IMG/VR virus record: IMGVR_UViG_3300032254_000259
Span: 1-33,531 of that record
Direction: 5' to 3' (one strand)
Source of the DNA: a virus
Taxonomy: Duplodnaviria; Caudoviricetes
Length of the DNA: 33,531 nt
The notes beneath the pieces are model-generated. The model ran no database searches and had not been told where the DNA came from. It saw only the letters and a program-made list of their open reading frames with translations. The position numbers were made by a program, and so were the translations under genes. This document shows positions 26,852 to 33,531 of the stretch, piece after piece; within the stretch, counting starts at the first letter, position 1; each line of letters begins with the position of its first letter.

Positions 26852-29194
26852 ATGGCATCCGCACGCGGCATCCGAGCAGGGGCGGCTTACATCGAGCTCT
26901 ACGCCAACGACAACAAGCTGGTGCGGGGTCTTAACCGTTCCAAGAAACGGCTCAAGGCGTTCGGCTCGTCGGTACAGCGGATTGGTGCACGATTGACAGG
27001 CATCGGAACCGGGCTGGCGGCGGGCTTTGCGATCTCAACGCGGGTGTTCGCGGGGTTCGACGACAAGATGCGTGCGGTGCGAGCGGTCACGAGCGCGACC
27101 GAGGCGCAGTTCCAGTCATTGCGTGAGGAAGCCAAACGGCTCGGTCGGACGACCTCGTTCACCGCAGGTCAGGTCGCAGAAGCCATGACCGAACTCGGTC
27201 GTGCCGGATTCAAGCCCGAAGCGATCCTGTCGAGCACCGAGGCGGTGCTGGCGCTGGCCCGCGCGACAAGCACCGAACTCCCGCGAGCCACCGAAATCGC
27301 CGGGGCCGCCTTGCGTGGGTTCGCATTGCCCGTCGATCAGATGGCCCGCGTCACGGATGTGCTCACGGCCACAGCCAATGGCAGCGCCCAAACACTCGAG
27401 GACTTATTCGAGGCCATGAAACCCGTCGCCCCGATCGCCAACGAAGCGGGCGCGAGCATCGAGGAGACGGCGGCTGCGATCGCGGTGCTGGCCAACAACG
27501 GCATCAAGGGATCGCTCGCGGGCAACGCATTGGCCCGTGCCTACAAAAACCTCTCCAACGAATCCAAGCAGGCCGAGCTCCGCAAGTTTGGCGTTGAAGC
27601 AGTTGATGCACAGGGCAACCTTCGCCCGCTGGCCGACATCCTCAACGAGCTGTCCAAGGCGACCAAGGGACTCGGGTCGGCCCAGCGGTTGTCGATCTTT
27701 GAGACCTTGTTCGGGCGCGGCCAAGCGGCGGCATTGAAGCTCGCGTCATCCGCAGCAGCCTTTGATGAACTCCAAGCCCAGATCGAGCACTCGGCGGGGC
27801 TCGCGGTCAAGACAGCCGAGGAGATGGACGCGGGGATCGGCGGCTCGTTCCGCAAACTGCTCTCCGCCGTCGAAGGTATCGCCATTGCCATCGGCGAGGC
27901 GATCCAGAAGCCAGTCCGTCGGGCAGCCGACGCGATCACCAAGATCTCCGGCTGGATCACCAACCTCATCAATCAGAACCGCCAACTCGTCGTGACCATT
28001 CTCAAACTGACGGCCGTCATGATCGGGATCGGTCTTGCCTTGGTCGTTGCGGGCGTGGCCATCGTCGCCATAGGTGCAGTATTCGGCTCGTTGGCTGCGA
28101 TCATCACAGGCGTCGGCGCAGCGATCGGTGTCATGGGTACGGTGCTTGCTGCGTTGCTTTCGCCGATCGGGCTTATCGCCGTCGCGGTGATCGGTATCGG
28201 TGCTGCCATCCTGACCTCCAGCGGTGCAGGTGGGGAAGCATTGTCATGGCTCGGTGAGCAGTTCGGAAAACTCAAGGAGACCGTGACGAAAGTCGTCGGC
28301 GGGATGTCTGATGCGTTGGCGGCTGGCGATGTCGCACTCGCTGCCCAGATCCTCTGGCTCTCGCTCAAACTTGTGTGGGAGAAGGGCGTCGCGGCCATCA
28401 ACGCCGCATGGCTCGAAGCCAAGCGGTTCTTCATCAGCACCGCTCAGCAGATGTGGTTCGGGGCGTTGGCCGCTGCCCAGATCGGTTTCCACGCCATCGA
28501 AGTTGCATGGATCGAGACCACTTCGTTCCTCTCCAAGACCTGGACCAACTTCGCCAGCGGGTTCAAGAAGATCTGGGAGACCGCGATCTCGTTCGTGGCC
28601 AAGCGGATGCTTGAGATTCAGGGGCTCTTCGATTCGTCGCTTGATGTGAAGGCCGCCAAGCAGGGGATTGACCAGCAACTTGCATCCCGACTCAATGACA
28701 TCGAATCGCAGGCCCAGCAGGCACTTGCTCAACGGGACCAGAAACGCCAACGCCAGCGAGATCAGGCTGCCAGAGAAAACGAAGCCACACTCGCCGAGAT
28801 TGGTCGGCAGTTCGACGAGGCACAGAAGGCCCTCGACGACCGCACCAACGCCAAGATCGAGCAGACACAGACGGCACTCGATGAGGCCCGCCAGAAACTC
28901 GATGAAGCCATCGCAAAGGCCGCCAAAGAACGCAAGGACGCTCAGAATACTGATCCAAACGCACCGGACTCCACGGACAGCCTCGTCGCCCGCATCCAGA
29001 AACAACTCGCCGGACTCGGCAACACCATCTCCGGAAAGACGACCGTTCGCGGCACCTTCAACGCCGCAGCGGTCCAGAGTTTGGCCGTGGCGGACCCCGT
29101 CGCCGAACGCACCGCCAAAGCCAGCGAGCAGACCGCCAAGAACACCAAACAACTCGTCACCGCCGCCCAGACCGGCGGCTTGACCTTCGCATAG
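26852..29194 (+). CDS. Tail tape measure protein (TP901 family)
   Basis: AKRLGRTTSFTAGQVAEAMTELGRAGF, GIKGSLAGNAL, hydrophobic mid region, helical C-terminus. Confidence 0.95.
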   Translation: MASARGIRAGAAYIELYANDNKLVRGLNRSKKRLKAFGSSVQRIGARLTGIGTGLAAGFAISTRVFAGFDDKMRAVRAVTSATEAQFQSLREEAKRLGRTTSFTAGQVAEAMTELGRAGFKPEAILSSTEAVLALARATSTELPRATEIAGAALRGFALPVDQMARVTDVLTATANGSAQTLEDLFEAMKPVAPIANEAGASIEETAAAIAVLANNGIKGSLAGNALARAYKNLSNESKQAELRKFGVEAVDAQGNLRPLADILNELSKATKGLGSAQRLSIFETLFGRGQAAALKLASSAAAFDELQAQIEHSAGLAVKTAEEMDAGIGGSFRKLLSAVEGIAIAIGEAIQKPVRRAADAITKISGWITNLINQNRQLVVTILKLTAVMIGIGLALVVAGVAIVAIGAVFGSLAAIITGVGAAIGVMGTVLAALLSPIGLIAVAVIGIGAAILTSSGAGGEALSWLGEQFGKLKETVTKVVGGMSDALAAGDVALAAQILWLSLKLVWEKGVAAINAAWLEAKRFFISTAQQMWFGALAAAQIGFHAIEVAWIETTSFLSKTWTNFASGFKKIWETAISFVAKRMLEIQGLFDSSLDVKAAKQGIDQQLASRLNDIESQAQQALAQRDQKRQRQRDQAARENEATLAEIGRQFDEAQKALDDRTNAKIEQTQTALDEARQKLDEAIAKAAKERKDAQNTDPNAPDSTDSLVARIQKQLAGLGNTISGKTTVRGTFNAAAVQSLAVADPVAERTAKASEQTAKNTKQLVTAAQTGGLTFA

Positions 29195-29206
29195 GAGTTT
29201 GATTTC

Positions 29207-30016
29207 GTGCCCATCACCGTCACCGAAAAGTTTGAGAGCCGCCGATCGACCACGGGCGACAACCCGTCGGCCGAGCTCGGTTACACCGTGCGCGGCACCG
29301 AAGACGATCTCGCGGCACGCACTGCGGTCGAAGCCGCCAGCCCGACGACCTATGACAACCTGCCGCGTCAGGCGGTGGCCGTCGAACCCGTCGGGCCGGA
29401 TCATTGGGACGCGACGCTGCGGTATGCGCCGAACCAGCAATCCACTCCGCCGCAGACCGGCGAGAGTGTGTTCAACTTCGACACCGGGGGCGGCACGCAG
29501 CACATCACCCAATCAAAACAAACCATCGGCACCTACGCCGCCCCGGGCACGACCGCGCCCAACTTCCAAGGCGGGATCGGGGTGACGGCCGACAGCGTCA
29601 ACGGCGTGGACATCACCGTACCTGTCTATCAGTTCTCCGAGACGCACTACCTCTCTGCCGCCCAAGTGACCGAGGCGTACAAGGTCATGCTCTTCGGCTT
29701 GACGGGCAAGGTCAACAACGGAGGATTCAAGGGCTTCGCTTCGGGCGAAGTGTTGTTCCTTGGCGCGTCTGGATCGCGCCGAGGCACCGATCCGCAAGAT
29801 GACTGGGAGATCAGTTTCCGCTTCGCGGTGAGTCCCAATGTGACCGGGCTGGCTGTCGGCCCAATCGTCGGCATCAACAAGCAGGGTTGGGAATACCTCT
29901 GGGTCCGCTACGCCGACGCCGAGGACACGGCTGCCAAAGCGATCGTCAAGCGCCCCATCGCGGCGTATGTCGAACGGGTCTACGACACGGGCAACATGGG
30001 GGCGATGGGCATATGA
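29207..30016 (+). CDS. Putative tail tip/distal tail protein
   Basis: First gene after tape measure; GTG start after AGGAG; beta-rich. Confidence 0.6.
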   Translation: MPITVTEKFESRRSTTGDNPSAELGYTVRGTEDDLAARTAVEAASPTTYDNLPRQAVAVEPVGPDHWDATLRYAPNQQSTPPQTGESVFNFDTGGGTQHITQSKQTIGTYAAPGTTAPNFQGGIGVTADSVNGVDITVPVYQFSETHYLSAAQVTEAYKVMLFGLTGKVNNGGFKGFASGEVLFLGASGSRRGTDPQDDWEISFRFAVSPNVTGLAVGPIVGINKQGWEYLWVRYADAEDTAAKAIVKRPIAAYVERVYDTGNMGAMGI

Positions 30017-31032
30017 CCGGCAACCCGCTCAATAAAGTCCGCGCGGGCGATCCGCTCAAGATTCCAGCGGGCGCATACAACGCGTTCGTCGATACAGCCA
30101 TCGCACATCAATCCCGCGAGCGCAACACCATCGCCGATGCACGCCGCGAACTCAACCATCGCGGTGTGGTCTTGGTTCGCAATGACTCAGGCATCGAACT
30201 GCCCGCCCATCATGCACTGGCAATCACCGGCGTGCTCATCGAACCCGGCATCAACGACGACGAACGCACCTTTCAATCACGCACGCCATTGAAGGGCAAA
30301 GTCGCTGATTTGGGATCGCCGCCGTTGTCGTTCGTGGTGGCCCAGCAAACGATCCAGCCGGGCAAGCTCGGCCTGTGCGTCATCAGCGGCACCACCCCGG
30401 CCCGCGTTCATGTGCTCAATACCAGCGATTCAACCTGCGAACTCCGCGCGGGTGAGACAGCCCTTGTATCGAGCCCAATCGGTGGAGCGCCGATCCTCTG
30501 GAAAGAACCGGGCACCGGCGAACGCTGGGCCGTGATCGAACTCGGCCGCCCTTCGCTCGGCCGCATTACCGCGATTCTTGGCCCATCGCAACCCCTCCCC
30601 ACCGAAGCCAACCGCTGGCGATACCAATGGACCGAGGCTCGACTCGACGGCAGCCCCGGAAGCGTGACTTACCTTCGCTATGTGCCGGTGTTTGGCGGAC
30701 TCGCATCCGGCACCGACCCAACCCGCATGGCCATCAACCGATTCGAGGCCCATCACTGCAACGACTCCGTGCCGGGGACTGGCTTCGAGGGATTGCTCGG
30801 CGTCGGCCCGGTGTGCGATCTGCCCGGCGTATTGCACAACTGCCCACCCGCGCGTTCGCTCGAACCCCGGCTCGCCCCGGTGCCCGAAGGCGTCACCGTC
30901 CAGCTCACCAGCGAACGCGACTCGCTCGGCAATCCCGTGTGGATTTTCGAAGCGATGAGCTGCATCGAGATCGCCGACCCGGCTGATGGTGATCGCAAGT
31001 TCAACCTGTTGGCAGCCGGAGGTACGGGATGA
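30013..31032 (+). CDS. Putative minor tail protein
   Basis: ATGA overlap at 30013; synteny; Cys/His-containing C-terminal part. Confidence 0.55.
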   Translation: MTGNPLNKVRAGDPLKIPAGAYNAFVDTAIAHQSRERNTIADARRELNHRGVVLVRNDSGIELPAHHALAITGVLIEPGINDDERTFQSRTPLKGKVADLGSPPLSFVVAQQTIQPGKLGLCVISGTTPARVHVLNTSDSTCELRAGETALVSSPIGGAPILWKEPGTGERWAVIELGRPSLGRITAILGPSQPLPTEANRWRYQWTEARLDGSPGSVTYLRYVPVFGGLASGTDPTRMAINRFEAHHCNDSVPGTGFEGLLGVGPVCDLPGVLHNCPPARSLEPRLAPVPEGVTVQLTSERDSLGNPVWIFEAMSCIEIADPADGDRKFNLLAAGGTG

Positions 31033-31571
31033 CAATCGCACTCAACACACAACGCGCCCACGAACGAAATAAATATGTCGAGCTGGCATCGCGCCCCGGT
31101 TCGTCGTATGGCTCAACCAACCACGGCCAGCACGCTGTCCCCATCATCCAACGCTGGAAACCACGAATGGTCGTTGACTTCGGTTGCGGCCGAAACAACT
31201 TCATCCATCACCTCCGCCGACTCGGTATCGACGGGCTGGGCATCGACTTCGCCTTCCCCGAAGCGGACATCGCCATGCCCATGCACGCAACCGGACTGCT
31301 CGATGATGTCGCCGATGTCGTGACGAGTTTCGATGCGATGGAACACCTGCTGATTCAGGATGTGATTCCAGTGCTCAACGAAATGAAACGCATCGCAAGG
31401 CCCAAGGCGTGGTTTTGCTTCTCGATCAGTACTCGCCCGAGCCGAATCACCGTCCAAGGCGAGAACCTACACCCGACCGTACGATCCAAACACTGGTGGA
31501 TCGAACAGATCAACCGCGTCGGCGTCGTGGATGCTACCAATGCCCGATACATCACCGGGAGGTTTGCATGA
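31029..31571 (+). CDS. Class I SAM-dependent methyltransferase
   Basis: VVDFGCG, LGIDF, DVVTSFDAMEHL; GGAGG RBS; ATGA overlaps. Confidence 0.88.
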   Translation: MTIALNTQRAHERNKYVELASRPGSSYGSTNHGQHAVPIIQRWKPRMVVDFGCGRNNFIHHLRRLGIDGLGIDFAFPEADIAMPMHATGLLDDVADVVTSFDAMEHLLIQDVIPVLNEMKRIARPKAWFCFSISTRPSRITVQGENLHPTVRSKHWWIEQINRVGVVDATNARYITGRFA

Positions 31572-32458
31572 TGAACCGCCCAAACCAATCCGACATCGTC
31601 GCCCTCCAACGCGGGCTCAAGAACCGATCGCCAGCCCGAACCGGGCTCCGCCTCTATACAGCGGACTTTGATTCGATCTCGATGGCCAACTTCTATCGCG
31701 GCCGATCCGCATTCCTCATGCTCTCAGGCCCATCGCTCAACCAAATCGATCTCACCAAACTCAACCAACGCGGCATCATGACCATGGGCGTCAACAACGC
31801 ATGGACGATCCATCGCCCAACCCTCTGGACCTGCGTCGATGACCCCGGCCGATTCATCGACACCGGCTGGAAAGACCCCGGCATCCTCAAGTTCGTGCCG
31901 GTGTGTCATCGCGTGCGTCGGCTGCGCATCCAGAAGCCCGACGGCTCGATGCACCCCAGTGCCTTCCATGTCAGCCAGATGCCCAGCGTGCTGTTCTACC
32001 GCCGAAGCAACCACTTTGACCACCAACGCTTCTTGACTGGCGACAGTGTCCCTTGGGGAAACGATGGCAACCAGACCGATTCGCTGGGCATCAAGGGCAA
32101 ACGAAGCGTCATGCTCGCCGCCCTTCGATTGCTCCACCACCTAGGATTCCGTACCGTGTACCTGCTCGGATGCGATTTCAAGATGGCCGACGATCGTCGG
32201 TACGCCTTTGACGAAGCACGAGCCCCCAATGTCATCCGCTACAACAACACACTCTACGAATCACTGAGCCGACGCTTCGAAGCCCTGCTCCCTCACTTCG
32301 AACAGCACAACTTCCGCGTCGTCAACTGCTCGCCCGACAGCGCCTTGTCCGTGTTTGATCGCATGAACTACGAAGACGCGATCAAGCAAGCCGCCAGCGA
32401 GTGCAGTAAACCCATCAACACCACTGGCTGGTACACACCCGTCACCAACGCCCGCTGA
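31568..32458 (+). CDS. Maf/DUF115-like (sialyltransferase-like fold) putative glycosyltransferase
   Basis: AFLMLSGPSL, TMGVNNA, PTLWTCVD, SVMLAALRLLHHLGFRTVYLLGCDF, VVNCSPDSAL. Confidence 0.68.
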   Translation: MMNRPNQSDIVALQRGLKNRSPARTGLRLYTADFDSISMANFYRGRSAFLMLSGPSLNQIDLTKLNQRGIMTMGVNNAWTIHRPTLWTCVDDPGRFIDTGWKDPGILKFVPVCHRVRRLRIQKPDGSMHPSAFHVSQMPSVLFYRRSNHFDHQRFLTGDSVPWGNDGNQTDSLGIKGKRSVMLAALRLLHHLGFRTVYLLGCDFKMADDRRYAFDEARAPNVIRYNNTLYESLSRRFEALLPHFEQHNFRVVNCSPDSALSVFDRMNYEDAIKQAASECSKPINTTGWYTPVTNAR

Positions 32459-32466
32459 GGATCGCC

Positions 32467-33531
32467 ATGCCCACGCCATCGCAATACTACTTATACCTCC
32501 CAGTCTGGGCGACCGGCCAAGCCCCAACCGGCGGCGGCTCGAGCACGCTTTCAAGTTCATCACTCAGTTCCACCCTCGAACCCCCAACGAGCACTGGCGG
32601 CGGCCCCGCGTCGAGTAGCAACAACAGCACCACGCCGGGAAGCTCGGCTAACAGCACACTCGAGAGCAGCTCAACGCCGCCAAACAGTTCCACCCAAAGC
32701 ACACTCGAAAGTTCCGGCGGCGGTTCGTCGGGTGGTGGATCAAGTGGTGGCGGAAGTTCTGGAGGCGGCAGCTCAGGTGGCGGGTCATCCGGTGGAGGAT
32801 CGTCAGGCGGAGGTAGTTCCGGCGGCGGTTCATCGGGTGGCGGCTCTTCCGGTGGTGGTTCCAACTGCTTCCTCTTCGGCACCCTCGTCACCAAAGCCGA
32901 CGGCAGCCGAGCCCCGATCGAATCACTCACCCCAGGCGACCTGTTGATGTCCCTCTCCATCCCCGGCCTAGAACAAGACGCCGATTGGCAAGCCCAATAC
33001 GACTGGCGATCAGAGTCCGGATTCGAAGATGCTCTACCAACACCCGCATCCGTCGGCCAGATCACCCTCGGCACACACAATGGTTTCTATGTCATCAACC
33101 GCCGAATCAAACTCACCTTCGAACACCCCATGCTCATCCGCCGTGATGACGAATGGGGTTTCTGCTCCGCCGAGTTGCTCCGGATCGGTGATCGCCTCAT
33201 CGACGCCGATCTCAACGAAGAACCCATCACGGCTCTCAAACGCATCGACACCCAAGTTCGAACCGTCTCCCTCCACATCCCCAGTACCAACACCTACCTC
33301 GCCGAAGGCGTCTGGACCCACAACGACATGGCCAAATCCGGTGCTTCAAGCCTCGGCGGTGGACTCAGTGGCGCAGGATCAAGTGGAGCCGGATCAAGCG
33401 GCGGCGGCTCCGGTTCAGGCAGCGGCTCCGGCGGCAAATCCAGCGGCTCAAGCTTCGCCAGCTCCTCCGGCGGTGGCTCCAGCGGTCTCCAATCCGCCAC
33501 ATCTATCACTGGCCTCTCCACTCTCGTCTAA
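32467..33531 (+). CDS. Ser/Gly-rich protein with a central Hint (intein-like) domain
   Basis: Hint Cys134-Asn286: CFLFGTLV...IESLTPGD, TFEHP (TxxH), LRIGDRL, TYLAEGVWTHN; low-complexity flanks. Confidence 0.88.
   Translation: MPTPSQYYLYLPVWATGQAPTGGGSSTLSSSSLSSTLEPPTSTGGGPASSSNNSTTPGSSANSTLESSSTPPNSSTQSTLESSGGGSSGGGSSGGGSSGGGSSGGGSSGGGSSGGGSSGGGSSGGGSSGGGSNCFLFGTLVTKADGSRAPIESLTPGDLLMSLSIPGLEQDADWQAQYDWRSESGFEDALPTPASVGQITLGTHNGFYVINRRIKLTFEHPMLIRRDDEWGFCSAELLRIGDRLIDADLNEEPITALKRIDTQVRTVSLHIPSTNTYLAEGVWTHNDMAKSGASSLGGGLSGAGSSGAGSSGGGSGSGSGSGGKSSGSSFASSSGGGSSGLQSATSITGLSTLV
32710..32859 (+). repeat. Ten tandem 15-bp units encoding (SSGGG)10
   Basis: Perfect at protein level; nine of the ten DNA units are distinct. 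Confidence 0.95.

Larger units (their letters stand above)
163..33531 (+). mobile_element. Temperate siphovirus-type prophage with serine integrase; boundaries not resolved
   Basis: Co-oriented recombinase, replication, terminase, portal, capsid, tail tube and tape measure genes in canonical order with many ATGA/GTGA overlaps; no sheath gene recognised. Confidence 0.93.

Noticed and set aside
28244-29512. 422-aa minus-strand ORF, and similar ones at 22374-23279, 23216-24058 and 6183-6998
   Set aside because: Opposite well-supported genes; expected in high-GC DNA; no motifs
32710-32859. CRISPR array or diversity-generating repeat
   Set aside because: No spacers, cas genes or reverse transcriptase; it is an in-frame coding repeat
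32487-33080. Pro-rich minus-strand ORF
   Set aside because: Reverse complement of the Gly/Ser repeat
32866-33324. Classical mobile intein or polymorphic toxin
   Set aside because: No endonuclease, no +1 nucleophile, no conserved host enzyme, and the C-terminal flank is Gly/Ser low complexity rather than a toxin

Overview
The window is almost entirely one temperate, siphovirus-type (lambda-like head, non-contractile tail) prophage, nearly all on the + strand. A Planctomycetota-like host is my impression from the gene set and is not verified. Gene order: integration module (small ORF, DUF2924, large serine recombinase, HTH protein); two unknown early genes; an ECF-type sigma factor; replication module (Sak4-like ATPase, DUF669, RusA, SF2 helicase, Prim-Pol); candidate origin and cos-like region; ParB-DNA methyltransferase; two minus-strand genes; small and large terminase; an inserted Fic gene; head and tail genes; and a terminal cassette of SAM methyltransferase, Maf/DUF115-like transferase and a Ser/Gly-rich protein carrying a Hint (intein-like) domain. 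Most notable: (1) that terminal cassette, a candidate virion glycosylation and autoprocessing system; (2) a bipartite motif CGCCAC-N14-GCGTARATGA found three times with identical spacing ahead of the recombinase, replication and head operons, probably the phage sigma factor's promoter, with an RBS-occluding hairpin at the head copy; (3) a terminase-small-subunit-like domain duplicated at the N-terminus of the large terminase; (4) a unimolecular-spanin-like lipoprotein. No att site, CI-like repressor or endolysin could be recognised. All family calls are by eye from motifs and synteny, with no database searches.
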